Source of the DNA: Octopus sinensis
Taxonomy: Eukaryota
DNA: 46,663 bases
Reading direction: 5' to 3'
Assembly: GCF_006345805.1 (NCBI RefSeq)
Contig: NW_021834596.1
Span: 1-46,663 of the forward strand
The translations under genes and the position numbers were made by a program. This document shows positions 35,504 to 46,663 of this stretch, one piece after another (the first letter of the stretch is position 1; every line of letters begins with the position of its first letter). The notes under the pieces are model-generated. The model was not told the DNA's origin, ran no database searches, and was given only the letters and a program-made list of their open reading frames with translations.

Positions 35504-35717
35504 GTATGTGTGTATGTTTGTGTGTGTTTGCCCCCCCCCCACATCGCTTGACAACCGATGGTGGTGTATTTACGTCCCCATAACTTAGCGGTTCGGCCAA
35601 AGATACCGATAGAATTAGTGCTAGGCTTACAAAGGATAAGTCCTGGAGTCGATTTGCTCGACTAAAAGGCGGTGCTCCAGCATGGCCACAGTCAAATGAC
35701 TGATACAAGTAAAAGAG
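35300..35717 (+). mobile_element. Full-length SINE family A
   Basis: Head GGCGCAGGAGTGGCTGTGTGG and end AAGTAAAAGAG. Confidence 0.9.
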
Positions 35718-36014
35718 TACATATATACGTACAAATATGTATATGTGTCTCTATAAATGATACATCTCGAATGTCAGACTAGCTATTAATAAAGGCGCGT
35801 AATACACGAAGTTAAAAGCCCTTTGGACAGAGAAAAAAATGTAGAGAATCACCTGTGAGACTCAAGTGACGCATTTATTCTAAACTACGTATTTTGTTTG
35901 AATTCTATTTTTGCAATTGTCATTTGATTTTGTTTTGTTTTGTCTTTTTTCTATGTGATATAAGTGTCCATATTTGCTTGCTTTGTCACTATCTTTTAAT
36001 CTATATTCATTTAT

Positions 36015-36215
36015 TCTGTTATTTGTTTCAGTCATTTGACTGCGGCCATGCTGGAGCGCCGCATTTAGTCGAAGAAATCGACCCCGGGACTTATTCTTTG
36101 TATGCGTAGTATTTATTCTATTGGTGTCTTTTGCCGAACTGCTAAGTTACAGGGACGCAAACACACCAACATCTTCTGTCAAGCGATGGTGGCGGTCAAA
36201 CACAGACACACAAAC
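36015..36215 (-). mobile_element. SINE family A, 3' module
   Basis: CAGTCATTTGACTGCGGCCATGCTGGAGCG.... Confidence 0.8.
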
Positions 36216-36361
36216 ATATACATATACATATACATATATATATGAATAAAAAGAAAAAAAACACCTTTTATCAATTCAATAATGAAAAATAAATTTATAC
36301 CATTTAGAAAAATTACATATTATAGAAATATTAAATATAAGATAAAACATATAACAATGAT

Positions 36362-36421
<60 letters not shown>

Positions 36422-36425
<4 letters not shown>

Positions 36426-36804
36426 AAGCACTCCGTCGGTTACGACGATGAGGGTTCCGGTTGATCCGAATCAACGGAACAGCCTGCTCGTGAAATTAAC
36501 GTGTAAGTGGCTGAGCACTCCACAGACACGTGTACCCGTAACGTAGTTCTCGGGGATATTCAGCGTGACACAGAGAGTGACAAGGCCAGCCCTTTGAAAT
36601 ACAGGTACAACAGAAACAGGAAGTAAGAGTGAGAGAAAGTTGTGGTGAAAGAGTACAGCAGGGATCACCACCATCCCCTGCCAGAGCCTCGTGGAGCTTT
36701 AGGTGTTTTCGCTCAATAAACACTCACAACGCCCGGTCTGGGAATCGAAACCGCGATCCTATGACCGCGAGTCCGCTGCCCTAACCACTGGGCCATTGCG
36801 CCTC
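36422..36804 (-). mobile_element. Young tRNA-derived SINE of a distinct family
   Basis: Minus strand: GAGGCGCAATGGCCCAGTGGTTAGGG (A-box), GGTTTCGATTCCC (B-box), and a 3' stem-loop GTTCCGTTGAT-TCGG-ATCAACCGGAAC, then (TA)n. Confidence 0.85.
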
Positions 36805-36820
36805 ATATATACATATATAC

Positions 36821-36982
36821 TACGGGCTTCTTTCAGTTTCCGTCTACCAAATCCACTCACAAGGCTTTGGTCGGCCCGAGGCTATAGTAGAAGACACTTG
36901 CCCAAGGTGCTACGCAGTGGGGCTGAACCCAGAACCGTGTGCTTGGTAATCAAGCTTCTTACCACACAGCCACTCCTGCACC
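36821..36982 (-). mobile_element. SINE family A, 5' module
   Basis: Complete head without the 3' module. Confidence 0.85.
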
Positions 36983-37011
36983 TATATCAATATTTTAATA
37001 ATAATGATGGT

Positions 37012-37427
37012 TTCAATTTTTGGCACAATGCCCACAGCTTGGAGGAGAGGAGCTAAGTCGATTAAATCGATCTCAACACTCATTTTATCGACTCGGAAGG
37101 ATGAAAAGCAAATTCGACAGCGGAATTTGAACTCAGAACGTAAAGACGGACGGAATGCCGTTAAGCATTCTGCTCGGCGTGTTAACCATTCTACCAGCTC
37201 ACTGCCTTTATAATAATCCTTTCTACTATAGGCACAAGGCCTGAAATTTGAGGGAGAGGCTAGTCGATTACATTGACCACAGTACACAACTGGTACTTAT
37301 TTTATCGATCCCGAAGGATCAAAAGTAAAGTCGACCTCGACGAAATTTTAACTCAGAATGTAATTACGGACGAAATGCCGCTAAGCATTTGCCCGGCGTG
37401 GTAACGATTTTACTAGATCGCCGCCCT
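37012..37427 (-). mobile_element. Two tandem SINE family B copies
   Basis: Two cores, each with an (ATT)-type tail. Confidence 0.8.
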
Positions 37428-37444
37428 TATAATGATAATAATCT

Positions 37445-40400
37445 TTTCTTTATTAATCACTGAAAGTTCATGTAAAACGACTGGGAACTGTACAGGACAG
37501 TACAATACAAATAAAGTGCGACTGAAACTTGTAAATAAAGAATACCAAAGGAACTTCTAACAAAAAAGACCCCACAAAAGAGGGAAGCTTCCAAAGGCTG
37601 CTCGTGAAAAAACTCACAAAAACTTCAACCGCCCTAACCTCTAGGGCAAGTGCCCTCTCCACTTCATCTACCCTCGATCTAGAGGTGCATGCTTAGAGTA
37701 AGCCCATTCAATCGGGCCATTCGCGTTACATTCACCTACCTTTTAACAGGATTGTTGGGAGGTAGCCTTCTCCTTCCTTTTCAAGTGGAAGCCGAAAAAC
37801 TTTAGCTGCATTATGGGCCCCAATTTTTCGATTTGACCCCAGCTTGTTTGGGCCCTTTCTTTCCAGGGGCATCGTCCCTCATCTTACAGAACTAGGAATT
37901 CTTCTGTTCTGTCGCCAGTTGCAGTCTCCAGCCCTTTCAACCTGGTTCACCACACAACCTCTTTCGCTAAGGCCACCGGACAGAGAAACGTTGTCTTCCC
38001 TTCTCGGCCAAAGGAAGGCAGCGGAGCGATCTTCACGATAGACTCTGATAATCCGATCCGTCCTTCACGTGACAGCAGGTGTTTGACTGAAACCCACAAG
38101 TAAGCAATGCTCGGTCGTGCAGAGCAGTTTCCCGCTCTACACGCATCTCGGGCAAACCCGGCTGACAGTACTTCCATGCTTGTAGAGTTTATTCTCGTCG
38201 ACGCCCAGAATCTCGCCAAGAGCATCATCGTACTTGACCGCCACTGACCCTCTACAGAACGCCAGAGTAAAACTTCCACTGGCCGCATTGCCCGGCCGAC
38301 AGAGGATTGTGAGCGCCTGACGATACTCTAGGTGCCAGGCCTCATACCCTGGTCTATGCTTGATCCATGAACTCAGCTCAGTTAAAAAGACGAGCTGTGG
38401 AAAATCCTGTCTGACAAATAACGACCACACCTGCTCACCGTCAAGGAATCGCTGGAGATGTCGTAGCCTCAGAGCATGTCTGCGAATCAACAGCCACGGC
38501 ATGCCCAGCAAGGCACGACTGTCAGGCGATAATATATATAAGAGGCGATGAAGCATCCGCCACCTCTGCCCGACCTTTCAGGAATAGCTTTCTCTTGACT
38601 CATTTCTGGATGAGATTGGCCACCTTGCTCGACACGTCGTTCCAGTTCTCCACGGATCAAACCAGACCACGAGCAATTTAACTGGTCCCTCCGTCCAGCG
38701 TCCCACTACATTCTTGGACGGCCTCTGCAGGTGCTGAGGTGCAGGCCCACTGACTTTTCTTGCTTAATTTTTGCTCCTGACACCGACTCGTATTCTTTTA
38801 GAGTAGTGCAGACTGGGTCTGTGTGTCTGGTGTTCGACACTATGACATGACGTCGTCTGCGTATGCCGAGACTATTCTCCCACATCCTAGTTTGCGCGGG
38901 ATTCCTATCAACGCCTCCCTTTCTGCAGTAATGGCTCTAGAGCCAGAACATACACAGAGATGAGAGTGGACACCCCTGACGGACACATCGTACGATGTTG
39001 AATGGTTCCGATAGTTAACCATTTACCCGAACTACCGAGTATATGTCACAGTACATTGCAAATCCAGCCATGGAAAACGGGACCAAAACCAACCGCCGTG
39101 AGAACGGCCGCCAAGTATCGGTGGTCGACCCTATCGAAGGCTTTAGAGTGATCCAAATTGATCAAGGCCCCACCCATAGCAGCTTCTTTACCCACCCTCG
39201 CATGAGGTAGAGGTTGTCTTGGATGTTTGCGTTTCAACAATCAGTTCTTCGACGACAAACGTCAACCTCTTTGCTCACACCTAAGTCAAAATTTTGAAGT
39301 CCGCGTTTAGCAGCGTTATGGGCCTGAAATTTTCGATTTGAGCCTAGCTTGTTTGGGTCCTTTCTTTCCAGTGGCACCGCTCCTCGACTTACAGAACTAG
39401 AAATTCTCCTGTTCTGTTGCCAGTTGCAGTAGATATCTACTAAGAGACCGCCAAGTAAGTCTGGCATGTAAAAGTAAAGCTCATAAGTCAGACCATCCAG
39501 ACCAGGTGATTTACTCCCCGTGCGGCCCATCATCGCATCCTGTTTTTCCACGACTGTTATCAGCATTTTACAACGCTCTACCCACCTTGCTGAGAGTCAT
39601 GACATGCAGTCGAGATAGACTTTGAAATCTATCCAGCGTTCCGGACCACCATTCGTACCAAACAGTCAGGGGAAGTGCCACTGAAATGCCGCTCGGGCTC
39701 GAGTCCGATGCGCCCATTTTGGTTCACCAAAGACCGAATTGTGACTTTGTTGTCACGTTGCGCTCTGCCACTCGGATCCATCGAGCGGCTTTCGTTTCTT
39801 CTTGTCTTAGAGCATGCATCTTAGCTCTAACAATGCAACCTTTGTGTTTAGCGTTCAAGAATTGGTTCACGGCCAATCTCACGACCTGCACGTCGGTTGC
39901 AATGCCTTTCTTAAATGCCTTTTCAAAGGTTCTAGGTGACCTTCTATTTTATTTATTTCTATCACTAATGCCTTACTAAACCTGGCTGATTCTACTCTAA
40001 TTACCTTTTTCAGAGCAAACCACAATTTGTTGTTGACGATTGCTTCTTCAACGCCCGCTTAACTAATTCTCTAATCCGGTCTCTGTAAGCTTGGCACGTT
40101 GGGTTTGGCATTGGGCTTGGCGCGTTCAGTTTCCAGTAACTGGATCCCTGCCATCTAAGCCTATCTGGATCGACCATACAGATCATAAATTTCTGGTCTG
40201 TGTAGCCGATGAGTTTGAAAAGTAGGCAACTTATACTATCCTTATCTACTGGCCTACACAATACCCCATCTAGAAATGACCTGGATGACCCGATGAAGTT
40301 CGTCCATGTCCACATTGGCACATTCAGTCCGTACCTGTTAGACACTTAGAAATATATAAGCAGGTTTATGAGGCTCTCACCACCCCTCTTCTATCTCCTT

Positions 40401-41400
40401 GCTTCACACAGTCCAAACGTGGCTCTAAGACGGCGTTCCAATCGCCCACTAACACTAAAGGTCGAGACGACCATAGGAAAATCTCTTGACGTCTGAAGAA
40501 ATCCAGATGTCCTGTTCTTGTCGGGACATAAACAGTCACCAGTTTGAGGGCATCCTCGTCACTACTGTTCACATCTAGGATCTCGAACTTACCTTCTGAG
40601 TCCAGGAAGGTAGTCCTTATCTTGAGATCCAGACATCTCCGGAACAACACCGCAGTTCCAAACACGCCCCACACCCATTCCCGGTTGACATGGTATGTAT
40701 TACTGTGTAGTTAATGATATGGAAACCATATATGCTCTTGAGTTCTTTGTTCTGTATGTTGCTGGTGCTTCCACTATTGTTGTTCTTGTTGTTGTTGATG
40801 CTACCGCTGTCAGTGCTGCTGTAATTGCTGTTACTGATACTGTTGTTTTTGGTGCTGTTGCCGTTGCTGTGGTGACGATGGTGTCGGCAAAAGTGGTGTC
40901 GGCAAAAGTGGTGTCTCCCTTCTCTCTTTTGTTGTGAGCAAAAGGCCTTCAGATGATTCGTGTCCCCACACAGATAATACCTCTGCCTTTTACTCTCAAC
41001 GGTCACGTGGAGGTTGGTGTTTTCTTGTCGATTTATGACGTCTGGAATTGCTTCTAAACTTTCGTAATCCATTTACAGCCACAACTCCAAACCTTACCCC
41101 AACCAATTTTGTTTTTGGAGTTTCCACACCTGTAGGATGTTTGTTTTGGCCTCTATATCCAGAACAGCTTCCACCAACCAGCAGCTGTTTATTTCTGGTG
41201 GCATATTAGGATTTATATTTTCACTACCCAACGATCCGGTTCTATGGTTACAAGAAGCAGAACTTCATTTTTTAGAATCAAAGTGCTTCGTTGCCCCTAC
41301 TCCTCCGTGGTAAATCTCACCTCCACAGTGCCATATCACTTTTTCTTACAACGTAGGTTTTTTTTTGTCCTATACTGGACGTAGACACTTTTCAATTTGT
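37445..41400 (-). mobile_element. Near-full-length degenerate Tx1/L1-clade LINE (ORF1 zinc knuckle, APE endonuclease, RT)
   Basis: ORF1 VTVESKRQRYYLCGDTNHLKAFC. EN LKLVTVYVP..RPLVLVGDWNAVL and YWKLNA. RT KSPGLDG, LINLDHSKAFDRVDH and SAYADDV. AATAAA near the 3' end. Many frameshifts. Confidence 0.9.
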
Positions 41401-41455
41401 TATTGTGTCGGTCGTTTCAATCTACGACTTTTAACTCCTATTATTTTATATGTTA

Positions 41456-41850
41456 CTAGCAGTATCGCCCGGCGTTGCTCGGGTTTGTAAGGGAAATAAC
41501 TATATAAGCATTTTTAGAGAGTTATAGCAAAAAAATAGCAAAAAAATGCATAACAAAAGGGAAAAAATGATGGTAATTTTTTTTTAAATCATTGACTCAT
41601 CGTAGACATTTTTAGAGAGTTACTTCCCTTATATAATAGCGAATAATGCATTGAAATGGAAAAAAATGATGGTAAATTATTTTTAAAATCGTAGACTCAT
41701 CGTAGACGCGCGCTAATACCCAGAAGGGCTCGATATGAATCACGACTATACGATACCCGGTTTTGGTTAAACTGCACCGCAAAATGTGGGAGTAGTTAGG
41801 AATCTAAATCGTAGGAGACAGACACACAACTTCACTTTTATATATAAAGA
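41456..41850 (-). mobile_element. Non-autonomous Helitron (subfamily 1)
   Basis: Nearly identical to 31676-32063, with the same TC/CTAG ends and A|T site. Confidence 0.9.
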
Positions 41851-41955
41851 TTGTTTTTCTCAGTGTGCCTTGTACAGTGGCTTCGGGGATGTTGAAAGTT
41901 ACTCATCTTCCATTTTTTTATAAATATGGTTTTTGTATCATTTAAATCCTCAGGT

Positions 41956-42215
41956 GGAGGCGCGTGGCTTAATGGTTAGGGTGTCAGCATCATGATCGTA
42001 AGATTGTGGATTCGATTCCTGGACCGGGCGACGCGTTGTGTTCTTGAGCAAAACACTTCATTTCACGTTGCTCCGGTCCACTCAGCTGACAAAAATGAGT
42101 AACGCTGCGATGGACCGGCGTCCCGTCCAGCTGGGGAACACATACGCCATTGAAACCGGGAAACCAGGCCCATGAGCCTGGCTAGGCTTTAAAAGGGTGC
42201 ATTTATTTATTTTTT
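41956..42215 (+). mobile_element. Young tRNA-derived SINE family C (CORE-like)
   Basis: TGGCTTAATGG A-box, GATTCGATTCC B-box, GTTCTTGAGCAAAACACTTCATTTCACG centre and (ATTT)n tail. Confidence 0.85.
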
Positions 42216-42636
42216 AATTTAATTCTCAGAGCAGCGCCAATCACCTAGATGCGTTGTATATCCGACAGTATGATAGGGATACCCTCTACGTACACTGACG
42301 TGGCTCTTCTGCATCCTAGCTAATATACGTATGATACTTTTTGCCATTTGCAATGTTTACTTTTGAGGACATATCGACCATCTTCATTCTTACTGCTCTC
42401 CAACCAAAGTAGATTAGCATGGCGGCCAAGTTCGTCCCTCTTTAGAGTTTTGTGGAATACTTCCTGGCCTCATTCTCAGCTTTATGGTACCAATTTTTAC
42501 CCCTTAGTAACCAACATTTTGATACCCCAGATTAATCTGAGGTACTTTTCTATTTGAATGCTATATTTTCTGACTTTCTAGTCTTATACTTTTCGTAAAC
42601 GATCGTTTTATTATTGTTTGGATGGATTCTGGGTTA

Positions 42637-43117
42637 CTCTTTTACTTGTTTCAGTCATTTGACTGCGGCCATGCTGGAGCACCGCCTTTAGTCGAGCAAA
42701 TCGACCCCGGGACTTATTCTTTGTAAGCCCAGTACTTATTCTATCGGTCTCTTTTGCCGAATCGCTAGGTGACGGGGACGTAAACACACCACACCAGCAT
42801 CGGTTGTCAAGCAATGCTAGAGGGACAAACACAGACACACAACATATACATATACATATATATATACATATATATACATATATACGACGGGCTTCTTTCA
42901 GTTTCCGTCTACCAAATCCACTCACAAGGCATTGGTCGGCCCGAGGCTATAGCAGAAGACACTTGCCCAAGATGCGTCCCCGTCACTTAGCGGTTCGGCA
43001 AAAGAGACCGATAGAATAAATACTGGGCTTACAAAGAATAACCCCGGGGTCGAGTTGCTCGACTAAAGGCGGTGCTCCAGCATGGCCGCAGTCAAATGAT
43101 TGAAACAAGTAAAAGAG
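42637..43117. mobile_element. SINE family A with inverted duplication of its 3' module
   Basis: 42637-42782 (minus) pairs with 42975-43117 (plus). Confidence 0.9.
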
Positions 43118-43559
43118 AAAAAGAGAGAGTAGTATTTTCAATTTTTGTTGTGTTGGTGTTAATGGTGGTTGTGATGTCGGAGATGGTAATAATTGTGATG
43201 TTGGAATTTGCAGCTGTGTTGAAGTGGCAATTTAATTTCTTGTCTTCTTGCTTTTTACTTTGCTGGTTGTTGTTTTCATTTCCATTCTCGTTGTTATTCT
43301 TGATTCGGGCGACATTAGGAGTGGTGATGACGGGGATTATGATGGTGGTACTCTTTCAAATTATAATCTCTCTTTTCTGTGTTTCTGTCAAATAATTCGA
43401 AGCGATGCTTTATTAAAAAAATTTGATAATAATATACTATATCTTGTGAGGCTGATGTTATAATGCACGCACACACACACACACATGAAAGCCTTTAAAA
43501 TTGGAAATTACAGACGATCCAAATATTAACTTTAGTAAAATGAATTAGAATTTGAAAAT

Positions 43560-43636
43560 CTTCTTAGAGAAGTGGTCCAGACATACTTGTCACCTCATCT
43601 GAGATGTGCTCTTTCTTTGGTTATACATAGAACAGA

Positions 43637-43698
<62 letters not shown>

Positions 43699-44130
43699 AT
43701 TGTGTGTGTGTGTGTATAAGATATCTGATATATTTTCCTTAGGTTTCTTGTGTAAAAGTATTCACCATGGCCCTTTGCCGGTTTTTTGCCTGTTACCCAT
43801 GTTTCTCATCCATATGTAAAAGTCGGAAGTTTTGTCCATCTTTATCTTCATTGCTGTGTTGATGTCAGACGACCAGAGGTGTTGAAGCTGTGACATGCCG
43901 CTCTCCTACTGTCTATGATGTCACAGTTTGAGTTGTGAGAGCAGTTACAGTCGATCCTAGGTAAGTGAATTTATCAACCCTGGATAGCTGTTTTCCATTT
44001 GCCAGGACGCCTGTTGTTTTGTCACTGTTTATATTAATGGTGATGTATTCTGTCCTCGATTCGTTTCTTTCTAGCCCCACAGTCTTGGCTACTACTAAAT
44101 TTAGGCCACAACAGACGGATGGGATGGTCT
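43560..44130 (-). mobile_element. Old RTE-like LINE fragment interrupted by (TC)n(AC)n
   Basis: AKTVGLERNESRTEYITIN..ANGKQLSRVDKFTYLGS and LPTFTYG*ETW..FYTRNLRKI. Confidence 0.55.
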
Positions 44131-44814
44131 TGAAGCCAAGAATTTAAAACTTTGGGCAGCAATATTTATATATCACCTGAGGAAACACAACCAGATCTCG
44201 TAACAGAGGAAACCGGTTGCATAATCAACTCCCTGATCACCTGGAGAAGCAGGTTGCGTGGAAACCATTGCAGTGATTAAAAAAATTAAAATGTCCAACT
44301 CTGCCCCTTCTTATTGACTCCAATTTTTTTCCTGTTCCCTGTTCACACACGACAGATAAACCCAAACACAAACCTGGAAGTAAATCTATTACCACTGGAC
44401 AGCACAGGATGAAATCTGAAGGTAGGTGATCATTATACTGTTCTACATTCTTAACAGAATGTACCATAACTATTTATATGTGGCCCTCTTTCTTTTTCTA
44501 ACAACTGGATGTCTTCTACTCCTCTCTTTTCCCTTTTATTATTCCCCCCCCCCTCATTCTGGTCCAACGACCCTCCACGCTTGTTTTCGTTTGGTTTCCT
44601 TCTCTGTCTCCACATTCCTGTTTTAGTTCCCAACTTTAACTGTCCAGAAATCCCAAATTTTATTTTGGTAATTTATGGGAATAGTTGTCGTTGAATGCTA
44701 GAAATGAGGAGTAGATAGACAGCCGACAACATACGAAGGGTTCTTTCTGTGTATTACTTATCCAGTTTTCTATTTTTTCCTCTTATTATTTGTGTACTTA
44801 ACTCATTTGTTTTC

Positions 44815-45070
44815 ATCGCCTGGCCCCCGTGCCGGTAGCATGTAAAAAGCACCATCCGACTGTGGCCATTTGCCAGCCCTGTCTGGCACCTGTGCCAGTG
44901 GCACGTAAAAAACTCACGGAGTAGTTGGCATTAGGAAGGAAATCCAGCCATAGAAACATTGCCAGAACAGACTGGGCCTGGTGCAGCCTTCTGGCTACCC
45001 AGACCCCAGTTGAACCATCCAACCCGTGCTAGCACGGAAAGCAGACGCTAAATGATGATGATGATGATGT
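44815..45070 (+). mobile_element. Retroposon family D
   Basis: One full 62-bp-type unit, body and (GAT)n tail. Confidence 0.8.
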
Positions 45071-45319
45071 TGTTTACTGTGACATCCTGCACCTATATAT
45101 GCACACAGGCACAGTAATGCCTTCATATGCAAGTTGATATGTTCCCGGAGACCGCTCGTAAAAAGAGAACTTGCAAAGCAGAGCAGTAATTTCCCATAGT
45201 AGCAATAAAATTTCTATGCCATCCTTTTACTCCGTTGCTGTGTAGACATATCAGAACCAGTGTAGACACACACACACACACAAAATGGTTGTTTAATCAT
45301 TTTATATTTATTACTTGTA

Positions 45320-45852
45320 AACTTGGGGTTTTGGATTCTCCAAACTATCAGAACAAGAGAGAAGGAGACACTAATGGTCCTCTGGAAAACATTCGTCCTC
45401 AGCCGCTTGGACTACTGCTCCCAACTGTGGTCACCACACAATATGAAACTAACAGCAGAACTCAAAGCAATTCAAAGAAGCTACACAAAGAAGATCATCT
45501 CATTGCAAAATATCAGCTACTGGGAAAGACTGAAAGTATTAAACCTCTTCTCCCTAGAGCGAAGGCAGGAGAGATATGCAGTGATATACATCTGGAAAAT
45601 CATCGAGGGCCTGGTCCCAAACTTTGGCATTCAAAGTTGCCCCAACTGCAGAACGGGGCGCCACTGCATGTTGCCAAAGATTCCAACATCACCATCAAAA
45701 TACAGGACCAGATACTGGAACAGCTTGGGTTTCAGAGGACCACAGCTCTTTAACATCCTCCCTAAATGCCTGAGAGACTTACGTGGTGTGGATGTGGGTT
45801 TCTTTAAAACTAAACTGGATCTCTTCTTGTCGGGAGTCCCAGATGAACCAAT
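45320..45852 (+). mobile_element. CR1/L2-superclade LINE post-RT C-terminal fragment
   Basis: Open frame LWKTFVLSRLDYCSQLWSP..IQRSYTKKI..SYWERLKVLNLFSLERRQERY..GPQLFNILPKCLR..FKTKLDLFLSGVPDEP. Confidence 0.88.
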
Positions 45853-46451
45853 CCCGTTTGAGGATCTCTTTCTCAATCAACTTTCAAGTTTGCTTTATGA
45901 AAGTTTAAGTTGGAGAGATGGTGGATGCTTCGTATAGGCTTTTGGTCCATACATAGACAGCTCTATTATGTTGTGATCTGAGATCATTGTCGGCATCACT
46001 TTCACATTATGGATAATATCCATATTGTTTGTGAAGCAGAGATCCAGTATATTATCTGCCCTTGTTGTTTGCAGAACTATTTGCTCCATGAAAGAGGCAT
46101 TTGTGAGATGGAGCAGGGACACTGCCTGTGCCTGCTGATGGTGTGTCATCCCTGAGAGCATCTGCCCCCCAGGCCATTCCACATTGGGGAAGTTAAAGTC
46201 ACCTATGAAGAATACACTGTTGTGTTGTTCAAGGTTGGTGAGGACTTCTCCTATTTGTGTTAGGCAGTCTTCAAACATGCCTGGGTGATTTGGGGCATCT
46301 GGTGGGCGATATGTAGTGCATATGACGATATTCAGTTGTCTTATGTGTACAATTTGAGTGTCACACACTGAGTTTGAATATGACAACAGGACCTGGGGTG
46401 TGAGGTCATCTCGAATGTACATTGCAACTCCACCATGGCTCCTCCCTTTTC
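45848..46451 (-). mobile_element. LINE APE endonuclease fragment, inverted relative to the C-terminal fragment
   Basis: Open frame [48 protein letters not shown]. Confidence 0.92.
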
Positions 46452-46622
46452 TATATATATACATATATATATATATATATACATATATATACATACATAC
46501 ATATATATACATATATATATATATAAACTTGTATATACATACATATATATATAAACACATATATACATACATATATATATATATACACACATATATACAT
46601 ACATATATATATATACACATAT

Positions 46623-46663
<41 letters not shown>
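46452..46663. repeat. (TA)n/(TACA)n microsatellite
   Basis: Seen directly. Confidence 0.95.

Noticed and set aside
36720-36804. tRNA-like sequence (also heads at 17014, 19155 and 41956)
   Set aside because: A/B boxes are present but there is no complete cloverleaf acceptor stem; these are SINE heads.
43117-43450. Pro/Thr/Ser/Gln-rich minus-strand frame and hydrophobic plus-strand ORF (43072-43395)
   Set aside because: Low-complexity trinucleotide-like DNA with stops; the plus ORF begins inside a SINE.

Overview
Eukaryotic, AT-rich, repeat-saturated DNA. By inference from its tRNA-derived SINE families, long (TA)n tracts and LINE types, it is most likely an octopus (coleoid cephalopod) genome. 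No intact protein-coding gene is visible, and most ORF-track entries are microsatellite or SINE artefacts. Host-gene-like sequence is limited to two pieces. (i) A plus-strand terminal-type exon (19783-20703) of an unidentified low-complexity nuclear protein, with a 1-nt homopolymer frameshift and a frame-breaking 173/188-bp tandem duplication. (ii) A disabled GT31 beta-1,3-galactosyltransferase-like exon (21408-22030). Mobile DNA includes R4/Dong, RTE, CR1-like and near-full-length Tx1/L1 LINE remnants, Tc1/mariner fragments and MITEs, a 5'-5' palindromic mariner derivative, three non-autonomous Helitrons and dozens of modular SINEs. The most unusual signals are three degenerate minimal hammerhead-ribozyme-like motifs in non-coding repeats (probable Penelope-like remnants) and many fold-back structures. 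SINE family labels A-E are my own working names. All family assignments are by eye, with no database search, and boundaries of old repeats are approximate.
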